Source: an uncultured delta proteobacterium (GTDB lineage Bacteria > Myxococcota > Myxococcia > Myxococcales > Myxococcaceae). From it: a stretch of 64,000 bases of DNA. Of this stretch, positions 19,338-29,100 are shown one piece after another (the stretch's first letter is position 1; every line of letters starts with the position of its first letter). The notes under the pieces were generated by a model. The model did not search any database and was not told the origin of the DNA. It saw nothing but the letters and a program-made list of their open reading frames with translations. The translations under genes were made by a program, and so were the position numbers. The stretch is taken from contig CAVQKE010000007.1 in the NCBI GenBank assembly GCA_963713045.1, forward strand, positions 320,001 to 384,000. The letters are read 5' to 3'.

Positions 19338-20698
19338 TCAGGCCACCTGGGGGAGCCCGGCCAGGGCGATGGCCAAGTCGTCCTCGTTGTACGGCTGGTC
19401 CACCAACGTGCCCGCGAAGTAGTCGGCGTAGGCCTGCATGTCGAAGTGGCCATGTCCGCACAGGTTGAAGAGGATGGCGCGCGAGACGCCCTCGCGCTTA
19501 CAGCGCAAAGCCTCGTCGATGGCCCCCTTGACCGCGTGGTTGGCCTCAGGCGCTGGGACGATGCCCTCGGCACGGGCGAAGGTGACTCCGGCCTCGAAGC
19601 AGGCCGTCTGGTGGTAGGCCACCGCCTCGATGAGGCCCAATTCTTTGATGTGGGAAACCAGCGGCGCCATTCCATGGTAGCGCAGGCCTCCGGCGTGGAA
19701 GCCGGGGGAATGAAGGTCGACCCCAGGGTATGCATTTTCGCCAACGGGGTGAGGTGACCCGTGTCCCCAAAGTCATAGGCGTACTTGCCTCGCGTCAGGG
19801 ACGGACAGGCGGCGGGCTCCACCGCCACCATCCGGTACTTTTTGCCGCCCCGCAGCTGCGCGCCGAGGAAGGGAAACACCAGTCCCGCGAAGTTGGAGCC
19901 GCCGCCGGTGCAGCCCACCAGGACGTCCGGCGAATCCTCGGCCATCTCCATTTGCGCCATCGCCTCCTGGCCGATGACGGTTTGGTGGAGCAGCACGTGG
20001 TTGAGGACGGAGCCGAGGGCGTACTTGGTGTCCTCCTGTGAAGCGGCCACCTCCACCGCCTCGGAAATGGCGATGCCGAGGCTGCCGGGATGGTCCGGCC
20101 GCTGGGCAAGGATGGCACGGCCGGACTGCGTCTCCGCCGAAGGCGAGGGAATGCAGCTCGCGCCGTAGGTCTCCATCAGCGCGCGGCGGTAGGGCTTCTG
20201 TTGGTAGGACACCCTCACCATGAAGACTTGGACTTCGATGTCGAAGAGGCCTCCGGCGAAGGCCAGCGCAGAGCCCCACTGGCCCGCTCCCGTCTCGGTG
20301 GTGATGCGCTTCGTCCCGGCTTCCTTGTTGTAGAAGGCCTGGGGGACAGCAGTGTTGGGCTTGTGGCTTCCAACCGGCGAGATGCCTTCGTACTTGTAGT
20401 AGATGCGCGCCGGCGTATCCAAGGCGCGCTCCAGACGACGCGCGCGGAAGAGTGGAGAGGGGCGCCATTGCCGGTAGATGTCGCGCACCCGGCGAGGAAT
20501 CTCCACCTCGCGCGCGCCGGTCACCTCCTGAAGGATGAGGGCCATCGGGAACAGCGACGCCAAGTCATCCGGTCCCACCGGCTTCAGAGTGCCGGGGTGC
20601 AGCACCGGGGGCGGAGGCACCGGGAGGTCCGCCACCAGGTTGTACCAGTAGGTGGGGATGCGCCGTTCATCGAGCAGGTACTTGATGGTTTCGGTCAT
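19338..20698 (-). CDS. TrpB-like PLP enzyme (TrpB2), frameshifted at G5 19704-19708
   Basis: [23 protein letters not shown]; one extra C restores [18 protein letters not shown] and joins ORF 19338-19670 (LCGHGHFD). Confidence 0.9.
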
Positions 20699-20885
20699 GG
20701 TGGCTCTCCCCGAGCGGCAGCCAAGGTGTCCGTCGAATGAAGCCGGGGACGGAACGAGGGGTCAAGCCCGGCCCCGGGGGCCCCAGCAGCCCCCGGCGCC
20801 GCCACCGGTCCCCGGGAATGCGTCGACACGACGGCCGGGAAATGGTTGCCTCGCGGGCCTCGCCCCCACGAAGGAGGAAGTCCCC

Positions 20886-21377
20886 ATGCTGCTTTCCGCA
20901 CCCGAGCTCGGTTGGAGTCTCCTCACCCTGACGTTGCTCGCCCCTCTGGCCGCCAGCGCCCAAACCCTTCCCAACCACTACGGCGCCCCCATTGGCGTGG
21001 AGGCGGCACGAAAGGTTGCGGCGGCTGCCATCGCCGAGGGGAAGAAAAATGGCTGGACGGTGGCCGCAGCCATCGTCGACCCGGGCGGGACGTTGGTTTA
21101 CTTCGAGCGCATCGACGGCACACAGAATGGAAGCTCAGAAGTGGCCCAAGCGAAGGCGCGTACGGCGGCCGCCTTCAAGCGTCCGAGCAAGCTTCTGGAG
21201 GACCTCGTCACGAGCGGCAAGTCGCAGTACCTGCGGCTCCCGGGCGCCCTGCCGATTGAAGGCGGAATCCCGCTGGTCATCGACGGAAAAATCGTCGGCG
21301 CCATCGGCGTCAGTGGCGCGAAGTCGGACCAAGACAGCGTTTGCGCCAAGGCGGGCGCGGACACGCTCGGGAAGTAG
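20886..21377 (+). CDS. Secreted heme-binding protein, GlcG/HbpS family
   Basis: Signal peptide; IVDPGG.L..FERID, KARTAAAF, GGIPL..GAIGVSG. Confidence 0.88.
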   Translation: MLLSAPELGWSLLTLTLLAPLAASAQTLPNHYGAPIGVEAARKVAAAAIAEGKKNGWTVAAAIVDPGGTLVYFERIDGTQNGSSEVAQAKARTAAAFKRPSKLLEDLVTSGKSQYLRLPGALPIEGGIPLVIDGKIVGAIGVSGAKSDQDSVCAKAGADTLGK

Positions 21378-21456
21378 GGCGCGCGCCGCGCAGTCAGTTT
21401 GAAATTGCCCGCGGGCCTTGCGCGCACGCGGGCACTTGCGCCAGCCTCTTTCCGCG

Positions 21457-21804
21457 ATGTCTTCTGTCCAGAGACTGCTGGGCGTCGGCCGACGTGGGCT
21501 TCGGCCCATCGTCCTGCTGGCCGCCGGCACCGTCCTGGCTCAGCAGGCGCCGGTGGCTTCCGGCGTGCAGGTGCACCTTCAAGTGGGACAGCAGAAGGTA
21601 CTGAACGTCGGGCTGGCGATGGGCCTGATGTGTGACGACGGAACGGTGGTGCAAGCGGAGCTGCGCCCGGCGTCCAACTCGGAGAACGAATTGGTTCTGG
21701 TCGGGCTCAAGCCAGGGAAGACGTCCTGCCGCGCCGGGACGTCCAACATGTCGCGCTCCAAGCTGGTCAACATCTCCGTCACTGCCAAGGACGCCTCACC
21801 TTAG
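21457..21804 (+). CDS. Secreted protein, pilus-assembly N-terminal-like Ig domain
   Basis: Signal-like N-terminus; L.VGQQKVL...LVLVGLKPGKT. Confidence 0.5.
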   Translation: MSSVQRLLGVGRRGLRPIVLLAAGTVLAQQAPVASGVQVHLQVGQQKVLNVGLAMGLMCDDGTVVQAELRPASNSENELVLVGLKPGKTSCRAGTSNMSRSKLVNISVTAKDASP

Positions 21805-21829
21805 GGCCGAAGGCAGGCCGCTTCCGGCC

Positions 21830-22192
21830 TCACTCGTCGCCGACGTTGGTGCTGGCCCAGGGGACGGCTTCCAGACGGGCGACGGGAATCGGGTCCCCCG
21901 TCACCTCGCTGACCCCGTAGGTGCCCAACTCAATCCGGCGCAGCGCGCCGTCAATCTGCTCCAGCATGCGCTCGTCCGCCTCGGAGAGGCCAATGCGCAA
22001 GTCCGAGGTGGTAGCCTCGTTGGCCTCGTCGCCGACGTCGTGCGGGTCCGGCATGCCCGGCGGCCGGTCAGCATCCAGGGCCGCTGACTGGAAGAGCCCC
22101 ATAATCCGCGCATGCTCTTGGTTGAGTCGTTGGCGGAAGTGCGCGAGCTGCTTGGCGCTCAAGGGACGCTCTGCCTTCTCATGCCTGGCCAT
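21830..22192 (-). CDS. DksA/TraR family protein with no Zn-finger cysteines
   Basis: DVGDEA coiled-coil tip; IDGALRRIELGTYG.SEVTGDPIP.ARLEAVPW. Confidence 0.85.
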   Translation of the reverse strand: MARHEKAERPLSAKQLAHFRQRLNQEHARIMGLFQSAALDADRPPGMPDPHDVGDEANEATTSDLRIGLSEADERMLEQIDGALRRIELGTYGVSEVTGDPIPVARLEAVPWASTNVGDE

Positions 22193-22294
22193 CCAAACCT
22201 CCGGAGGGCGAAGGTTAGGCAGGGACGCCCCTCCGCGCCAGAGGCAAGCGCCTTCTTTGCGGGCGGCCCGTCCTTCCATTTGCGGGACACGGCC

Positions 22295-23017
22295 TCACTG
22301 CGCCGGAGGCTTGGGCGTCAAGAGCGACAGGGAGACCAGCCGCGCAATCAAGAGCGCCGGGAAGAGCTGGCCGAGGATGCTTTCCATGTTGGCCAGCGCG
22401 CGCGCGGCCAAATTTAACGGCACGATGTCCCCATAGCCGACGGTGGTGAGGGTGCAGAGCGAAAAATAGACGAAGGTGGAGAGGTTGTGTGCATGCGGTT
22501 CCCAGCTCAGGGCGTGCAGGGAGCCCGGGACGACCACATCCACCACTCGGTAGGCCTCGGCAAAGTCGAGGCCCAAGAGCAAGTAAGACGCCACCACGCC
22601 GTAGAAGCGTTCGAGCGCGCCGGTGCTTTCGCGGAAAACCTGCGCGAGAATCAGGGCCAGCAGCATCGAGAGCACCACCACCGAGGAAGTGGCGGCGACG
22701 CCCTCCGTCCAGCGCTCGGGAAAGGTGCGAGCCACCAACCGGACGGCCAACGTAAACAGCACCAGGCCAAGGGCGAGAGCGAGGATGGCGCTCCGGGCAC
22801 GCCGCCATCCGAGGGCCGAGGCCCCAGCGAAGATGACGCCGGCAAACCAGAGGTCCGCGATGAAGAGCCAATTCGGGCCAAGTAGGCCGCTGTTCTCGAG
22901 CGGGAGGAAGACGAAGATGAGGAGAACGAGGCTCACCAACAGCGCGGCCAGGCCTCGCCGGGACGTCCAGTAGCTGCCGACGGACGAGAAGCGTGGAAAG
23001 GAAGCAGGGCTGGCCAT
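22295..23017 (-). CDS. Potassium channel family protein
   Basis: YFSLCTLTTVGYGDI selectivity filter. Confidence 0.88.
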   Translation of the reverse strand: MASPASFPRFSSVGSYWTSRRGLAALLVSLVLLIFVFLPLENSGLLGPNWLFIADLWFAGVIFAGASALGWRRARSAILALALGLVLFTLAVRLVARTFPERWTEGVAATSSVVVLSMLLALILAQVFRESTGALERFYGVVASYLLLGLDFAEAYRVVDVVVPGSLHALSWEPHAHNLSTFVYFSLCTLTTVGYGDIVPLNLAARALANMESILGQLFPALLIARLVSLSLLTPKPPAQ

Positions 23018-23038
23018 GTCACCTCGCCTCTGGGCCCC

Positions 23039-24148
23039 TCAGGCCCGGAGCCAATGGGCAAGCGTTGCGTCCGCGTCCGGCTCGAGCCGGACGCCGGCCT
23101 CGAGGGTGACGACCTGGGCGTGAATGCCACGTGCCGAAAGCGCGGCGAGCAGCCTTTGCTGGGACTCGGCATCCGGAGACGCGAGGATGCAGCCGTCGCC
23201 GCCGCCAGCGCCGCTGACCTTGCCGGTGCTGCCCGCGCTCTTGGCGAGCTGAAGAATGCGCTCGAGGGCCGGCGTCACCACCGTCCCGAGGGAGGCGAGG
23301 AGCTGCTGCAAGCTCTCACAGGCCTCCCGCACCGCCTGAAAGCTGCTGGCGCGCAGCGCCTCCTCCAGCGCGTCTCCCAAGACGTTCGACTCGGTGACGA
23401 AGGCAGGGCGCAGCGTCTCATCCAGCACGCGCTCCGCCGCCCCAATCATCCCCGGTGTGTCCGCGCTTTGCCCGGCAAAGGCGTAGGAGAGGAACGCTGG
23501 GAACAGGCCGGTGCGGACGACGTCGACCGGCCCCGCGTCGCGCAGCGCCACTTGCAGGGGGCGCTCCGACGACTGCACCTGCTCCACCGGCCAGCGTCGG
23601 TAGCGGACCAGGGTTCCCACTGAGGCGGCCACCACGTCCGCGCCGCTGCCCTTTCCACCCTGGGCTTCGGCGTGGGCCAGAAGCGCCAGCGGCAACGTGG
23701 GCTGCACGCCAAGCACGCCGGCCACTGCCTCCACCGCCAGCACCGTCGTACGGGCACTGGTGCCAGTGCCCAGTTTCTGCCCGTGCGGCCCCAGCGCCGA
23801 GGGGGAAAGCGCGAGGCTGAGGCCGAGACTTTCCCGGCCGTGGGCCCGGTACACCACGTCCATCGCGCGCGCGGCAAAGCGCATGGGGCCCGTCACCTCG
23901 GCGTCCCAGCGGCAGCCGAGGGGCGTCGACACGCCCAGCAGACGGCCGTCCCCGGTGAGGAGCTCCACCGTGCGGTCGTCCCGAGACCGCACCAGCGCCG
24001 CGGCGCGCGGGCCCACGGCCAGGACGCGCGCCACCCCGCCCCAAAGCACCGCGTACTCGCCGGATAGGAAAAGCTTGGACGGGGCAGAGAGGGCGCGTTC
24101 CACGGGCGTCAGCCAGGGAGCTAGCACAGGGTGGCCGACGTCGCTCAA
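23039..24148 (-). CDS. Phosphomevalonate kinase
   Basis: AP.KLFLSGEYAVL, KLGTGTSA, QGGKGSGADV, SGAGGGDGC; mevalonate operon context. Confidence 0.85.
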   Translation of the reverse strand: MSDVGHPVLAPWLTPVERALSAPSKLFLSGEYAVLWGGVARVLAVGPRAAALVRSRDDRTVELLTGDGRLLGVSTPLGCRWDAEVTGPMRFAARAMDVVYRAHGRESLGLSLALSPSALGPHGQKLGTGTSARTTVLAVEAVAGVLGVQPTLPLALLAHAEAQGGKGSGADVVAASVGTLVRYRRWPVEQVQSSERPLQVALRDAGPVDVVRTGLFPAFLSYAFAGQSADTPGMIGAAERVLDETLRPAFVTESNVLGDALEEALRASSFQAVREACESLQQLLASLGTVVTPALERILQLAKSAGSTGKVSGAGGGDGCILASPDAESQQRLLAALSARGIHAQVVTLEAGVRLEPDADATLAHWLRA

Positions 24149-24223
24149 CTGCTGGCCGACGACCGAGGGAGGGGCTTGCTGCGCTGTCCCGACTGCCTGC
24201 GGCCCTGGCGGCCCCGCCCGGCC

Positions 24224-25225
24224 TTAAAACAGTGCCGTGTCCAGAAGCCTCGCATCGCCGCCGGGCGCGCAGCGCACGACGTCCATGGCGCCAGTCGCCC
24301 GGGCCAGGGCCTCAACTCGGTCCACATGCTCGGCCGTCGTCAGCAGCACCGGGTTGGGGCCGGCGTCCAGGGTGAAATACACCGGGCAACCCTTGGCGCG
24401 CGCCGCCGGTAGCGCCAGCACCACCTGCAGCGTCTCGGCCCGCAGGTAGCAGAAGGCCGGCTGCGCAGCCAGGGCGGTGGCGTGCATGCGCCAGGCATTC
24501 CGCTCGGCGATGGTGCCCAGCGAGGCGAGGTCCCGACTCCGGACGGCCTCACGCGCCCGCGGCACTTCCGCCTCCGCGTCCTGCACCCAGGCCCGGTAGT
24601 AGGGGGACGTCTCCACCGTGCCGTGCATTCCCTGTCTGGAGGAGACGTCCTTCGGCGCCGCGGAGACGACGCAGGCCAACAGCCTCAATTCGGGCCAATG
24701 CCCCTCCGCAAAGTCCTGGGTGGCGAAGCTGTCCTCACCATCCGCCCGCTGGCCCCGGTGCCAGGTGCAGAAGCCGCCCTGGATGCTGCGGGCGGCGGAG
24801 CCACTTCCGATGCGGGCCAGGCGCGAGGTTTGGGCGACGTCGTCCGGAAGGCCCGCCGCTGCCCGCGCGGCCCGCGTCAGCGCGGCAAAGCCGGCGGCAC
24901 TGGAAGCCAGTCCAGCGGCCACCGGGAAGTTTCCGCGCGACACGACACGGACTGCACCCAAGTCGTGGCCCGCCTCCTTGGCCACCCTGTCCACCAGGGC
25001 CAACACGCGCTCTCGCTGCGGGCCAACGGCCGGTTGGCCATTCAGCTCGACATGGCTTGGTCCCTGGCCGAATTCCACCGTCGTCGTCACCTCCAACGGC
25101 GCCAGCGTCACGCTGAAGCTGGACTGGTGGGGCAGCACCAGCGCTTCGTCGCGTTTTCCCCAGTACTTGACGAGGGCCATGTTGGGGTGGGCTCGCGCTG
25201 TCGCCTTGGCTGGCCTCATGCCCAC
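24224..25225 (-). CDS. mvaD: Diphosphomevalonate decarboxylase
   Basis: NMALVKYWGK, AGLASSAAG, GSGSAARS, TLDAGPN. Confidence 0.93.
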   Translation of the reverse strand: MGMRPAKATARAHPNMALVKYWGKRDEALVLPHQSSFSVTLAPLEVTTTVEFGQGPSHVELNGQPAVGPQRERVLALVDRVAKEAGHDLGAVRVVSRGNFPVAAGLASSAAGFAALTRAARAAAGLPDDVAQTSRLARIGSGSAARSIQGGFCTWHRGQRADGEDSFATQDFAEGHWPELRLLACVVSAAPKDVSSRQGMHGTVETSPYYRAWVQDAEAEVPRAREAVRSRDLASLGTIAERNAWRMHATALAAQPAFCYLRAETLQVVLALPAARAKGCPVYFTLDAGPNPVLLTTAEHVDRVEALARATGAMDVVRCAPGGDARLLDTALF

Positions 25226-26151
25226 CTCGGCACGGGACTGACAAAGCAGGACACGCCGGCGCGTGCCAGACGCGCCCGGGCCCTGTCCCCCTGGCCCATT
25301 TCGAAGAGGCCCACCACCGCACCGCCATCTCCGCCGGCCCCGGAAAGTTTCGCGCCGAGGGCCCCCGCTTCGCGCAGCCAGCCGGCCATGCCGTCCAGTG
25401 CGGGCGAACTGACGCCCAACGCCACGAGGAGGCCCTGGTTGACATTCATCGCGTCCCCCAAGGCCTGCAAGTCTCCTCCCTCCGCAGCCCGCGCACCCTC
25501 CTCCGCCACCTGGCCGACTTCACGGAAGAGGCGCCGGTAACGCGCCGGCCAACGGGCCTGGCGTCTCCGCAAGCCGGCCACCGTCTGCGCCGTTGGCTGG
25601 CGTACCCCGGCCAGGGCCACCAGCAATTCGAAGGGCCGCGCGACGTGCAACGGACGCACCAGCGGCGGCCGCCGGGCGCCACGCCGTTGGTAGCGAATGG
25701 GGACACCCAAGGCACTGCAGGCCGCGTCCACGCCGGAGGGGGTGCCGTGGAAGACGACTTCCATGCGGTGGGCCAGCGCCCGCAGCTTCCGCGCGGGCAC
25801 CCGGCCGCTGGCCGCCGCAAGAAGGACGCCAGCCACGGCCACCGAGACGGCGGCCGAGCTGCCCAGGCCCACGGACAGCGGGAGGCTGCTTTGCAGTGAA
25901 AGGCTGACCGCCGGGCGGCCAGCCGCCTCCGCCGCCTCCCAGAAGGCACGCACCAGTTGCCGGCGCCGCGCCCCGCGCAGGGCCCGCGGGAGGCGGAGGC
26001 CACAGGCAGCGGCCGGGACGGCCACGGCCCGGACCCCGAGGGCCAGTGGCACCGCCACCGCTGTGGTGCCGTACACCACCGCGTGCTCGCCGAGGAGGAT
26101 GACTTTGCCGGGCCCGAAAGCCGTAAGCGTCGGCCTGGGGCTGGGCCTCAC
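25216..26151 (-). CDS. mvk: Mevalonate kinase
   Basis: PGKVILLGEHAVVYG, GLGSSAA, HGTPSGVD, KLSGAGGDGG; GTGA coupling. Confidence 0.92.
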   Translation of the reverse strand: MRPSPRPTLTAFGPGKVILLGEHAVVYGTTAVAVPLALGVRAVAVPAAACGLRLPRALRGARRRQLVRAFWEAAEAAGRPAVSLSLQSSLPLSVGLGSSAAVSVAVAGVLLAAASGRVPARKLRALAHRMEVVFHGTPSGVDAACSALGVPIRYQRRGARRPPLVRPLHVARPFELLVALAGVRQPTAQTVAGLRRRQARWPARYRRLFREVGQVAEEGARAAEGGDLQALGDAMNVNQGLLVALGVSSPALDGMAGWLREAGALGAKLSGAGGDGGAVVGLFEMGQGDRARARLARAGVSCFVSPVPRWA

Positions 26152-27515
26152 GGCCCGTCGTTGGCGCCCTGCGGCTCGAAGGATTCGAGCGGCGGGAGGG
26201 TGGCGAGAATTTCTCGCGCCTTGTCCACCTTCACCGTCCCGGATTTCACCAAAAGGTGGGCCACCTTCTCGACGTGGTCCCCACGGGCACCGGCGGTGAC
26301 GGCCACACACCGGGCGTGCAGCGCCATGTGGCCTTGCTGAATGCCGACGCTGCCGAGCGCCCTCAGCGCCGCAAAGTTTTGGGCCAGTCCAACGGCCGCG
26401 AAGACTTGCGCCAACTCGCGCACGCCCGAGCAGCGCAGCAGCTTCAGCCCCAGGCGGACGCCGGGGTGGACTTGGGTGGGGCCGCCCACCGTCCCCAGGG
26501 CCAGCGGCAACTCCATCCGGCCCACCAGCGTCTGCTCCTCTAGCATCCACTGGGACAGGGGACGGTACTGGCCGCTGCGGGCGGCGTAGGCGTGGGCACC
26601 GGCCTCAATGGCGCGCCAGTCCTGGCCGCAGGCGATGGCTACCGCGTCAATGCCATTCATGACGCCCTTGTTGTGGGTGGCCGCCCGGTAGGGGTCGGCC
26701 ATGGCGAAGCGACTGGCTTGATGGATGCCGTCGGCAATCTCCCGGCCGTCCAGGCCGAAGTCGGCCAGCGCCTGGACGGGAATGCGGCAGGTGGCGCGTG
26801 CCAGTCGCCGGTCGGAGAGGTTGGAGAGGATGCGCAGGTAAACCCGGCCGTGGGTGACTTGCTGGATGAAGGGAGCCACACCCTCCGCCATGGTGTTGAT
26901 GAGGTTGGCCCCCATCGCCTCCTGGGTGTCTACCAGCAGGTGGACGATGAGGAGGGGCTCACCACGGGCGCCTTCGGGCGCCGGGAGGACGCGCACTTCG
27001 ACTTCCTTGGCCCCGCCGCCGCGGCGCTGCATCGCCGGGTGAAAGCTGTTGGCCAGGGCGAGGATTTGCTCGCGGTGGGCGAGGACCCGCTCGGTCGCCT
27101 CGGTGGGGTCCCCGTAGCCAGTCACTTGGACTTGGCCCACCATCAGGGAGTCGTCGGCCTCGGCCTCGAAGCCGCCTGCCTCGCGGACAATCTTGGCAGC
27201 GAAGGAGACGGCCGCGACGACGCTTGGCTCCTCGACCGCCATCGGCACCAGGTAGTCGCGCCCGTTGACTTGGAGGTTGAGGCCGAGCCCAAGCGGCAGG
27301 CTGAAGGTGCCGACCGCATTCTCAATCATCAAGTTGGCCACTTCGACCGGCAGCGGCCCCGGGCTCTGCAGGGTGGCAATCTCCTCCTCGGAGAGGCCGT
27401 GTGTTCGGGCAATGTGTTCAAGCCGCTGCTGCAGCGTGAGCTTGTGAAATCCCGGCAGCCGTGACGAGGGCCGAGCCTCGTCGGGCTGGCCGCTGTTCCG
27501 GGCGACTGCGCCCAT
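26148..27515 (-). CDS. mvaA: Class II HMG-CoA reductase
   Basis: MIENAVG, EEPSVVAA, EAMGAN, RAATHNKG, GIQQGHM. Confidence 0.93.
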   Translation of the reverse strand: MGAVARNSGQPDEARPSSRLPGFHKLTLQQRLEHIARTHGLSEEEIATLQSPGPLPVEVANLMIENAVGTFSLPLGLGLNLQVNGRDYLVPMAVEEPSVVAAVSFAAKIVREAGGFEAEADDSLMVGQVQVTGYGDPTEATERVLAHREQILALANSFHPAMQRRGGGAKEVEVRVLPAPEGARGEPLLIVHLLVDTQEAMGANLINTMAEGVAPFIQQVTHGRVYLRILSNLSDRRLARATCRIPVQALADFGLDGREIADGIHQASRFAMADPYRAATHNKGVMNGIDAVAIACGQDWRAIEAGAHAYAARSGQYRPLSQWMLEEQTLVGRMELPLALGTVGGPTQVHPGVRLGLKLLRCSGVRELAQVFAAVGLAQNFAALRALGSVGIQQGHMALHARCVAVTAGARGDHVEKVAHLLVKSGTVKVDKAREILATLPPLESFEPQGANDGP

Positions 27516-27526
27516 GCCTTTTCGCC

Positions 27527-28588
27527 TCACAATGTTCCCATCCAGTCTCTCAGTGGTCCGGCCACCACCTTTGGTTGCGTTCGAAGCTCCGCCACGTTGC
27601 GGCTGCCGGTGAGGAGCAACGCCTGCTGCAGCGCTCCTACCACCGTGTCCACCGCGGACTCGGCCGCGGAAACCCCGCCGGCCTGTTGTGCGCGAAATAA
27701 GGGAAGGGCCATGCCGGCAATGTCCGCGCCGAGGGCCAGTGCCTTGGCCACTTCCAGCCCGTTGCGGATGCCGCCCGAGGCGATGAGGCGCAAATGCGGC
27801 CCCACCGCGCGGCGGACTGCGGCCACGGCGGCCGCGGTGGGAATGCCCCAGCTGCTGAAGAGTTCGCCCACCTCACGCGCCGGACCGCCCTTGACGCGCA
27901 GCTGCTCCACCCGCACCCAGGACGTCCCGCCGAGTCCACTGACGTCCAAGGTGCGGACGCCGCAGTCGACCAGTCTCCGGGCAACGTCTGCGGAAAGCCC
28001 ACAGCCCGTCTCCTTCACCAAGAAGCGCTCCCCCAGCGAGGCGCTGAGGGCCTGCACCAGGCTGTAGCCACCTCGAAAGTCCCGGTCGCCCTCGGGCTGT
28101 GTCAATTCCTGCCCGACGTTGAGGTGCAGCGCCATGCCGTCAGCGCCGATGGCGTCCATCAGCCGGCGGACGCCGTCCACGCCAAGCGCAATGCCCTGCC
28201 GGAGGCCGATGTTGCCCAACAACAGAATGTTGGGAGCGACGTCGCGCACGGCGAAGGTACGGGCGAGCTCCGGGTTTTCCGCCATCGCCCGTTGGCTTCC
28301 AACGCCGAACGCCAGCCCGCGGCGCTCGGCCACCAAGGCCAGGTCGCGGTTGACACTCCGCGCCCGGTCGCTGCCGCCCGTCATTCCGGTGACGAGCAGC
28401 GGCGCCCGCAGCGTCTTCCCCCACCAGGAGGTGGAAAGGTCCACTTCGGCCAGCGCCAACTCGGGCATCGCACAGTGGACGAGGTGCACGCATTCGAGGA
28501 GCGTCGAATTGGCCGCCGGCTCGACTTCGTCCACGGCGCACAAGTCGAGATGCGCATCCTTGCGCAGCGGGGTGGAGGAGTCGGGCAT
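27527..28588 (-). CDS. fni: Type 2 isopentenyl-diphosphate isomerase
   Basis: RKDAHL, GMTGG, GVGSQR, KETGCG, GGTSW, ASGGIRNG. Confidence 0.93.
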   Translation of the reverse strand: MPDSSTPLRKDAHLDLCAVDEVEPAANSTLLECVHLVHCAMPELALAEVDLSTSWWGKTLRAPLLVTGMTGGSDRARSVNRDLALVAERRGLAFGVGSQRAMAENPELARTFAVRDVAPNILLLGNIGLRQGIALGVDGVRRLMDAIGADGMALHLNVGQELTQPEGDRDFRGGYSLVQALSASLGERFLVKETGCGLSADVARRLVDCGVRTLDVSGLGGTSWVRVEQLRVKGGPAREVGELFSSWGIPTAAAVAAVRRAVGPHLRLIASGGIRNGLEVAKALALGADIAGMALPLFRAQQAGGVSAAESAVDTVVGALQQALLLTGSRNVAELRTQPKVVAGPLRDWMGTL

Positions 28589-28659
28589 CGGCGGGGCCTC
28601 GGGAACTAGCAATGGGGGCTTCTTGAAGCAAGGCGCTAGAGTCTCAACAGCCCCCGGCC

Positions 28660-29070
28660 GTGACTGTGGAACCCCCCAGACTCCTTCTGTTTCTTCATAG
28701 CGCGGACTACGACCGACTGCACCAAGGACTGGCCATTGGTGCCGCGGGTGTGTCGCTTGGGAAACAGGTTGAGTTATACTTTTTTTGGTGGGCATTAGAA
28801 CGGCTGCTTGACGGGCGCCTGGACGAGCCGGACTTTCACCCCTCACGGCCGGACGTCACGGACCGCTTCGAGGCCAAAGGCCTGCCATCGGCGAGGGAAC
28901 TGCTCGGCCACCTGCGCGCCTCGGGCCGCTGTCTGGTGGTGGCCTGCAGCGGAAGCCTGGTCGCCCTGGGAAGGGACGCTCAGGCTGCGGCGCCCCATGT
29001 GGACCAGGTGCTGGGCTGGACGTCCATTCTCCAGCGAACGGCGGGCGTGGCCGACCGCTTCTACCTCTGA
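28660..29070 (+). CDS. DsrE-like protein
   Basis: A.AG.SLG..VELYFF.WAL...ACSGS. Confidence 0.6.
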   Translation: MTVEPPRLLLFLHSADYDRLHQGLAIGAAGVSLGKQVELYFFWWALERLLDGRLDEPDFHPSRPDVTDRFEAKGLPSARELLGHLRASGRCLVVACSGSLVALGRDAQAAAPHVDQVLGWTSILQRTAGVADRFYL

Positions 29071-29100
29071 GGCCGCCAAACCTGGTACTGGACGGGCGTC

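Noticed and set aside
19338..20698. True trpB2 pseudogene or programmed frameshift
   Set aside because: A single homopolymer indel with both halves conserved; an assembly error is more parsimonious
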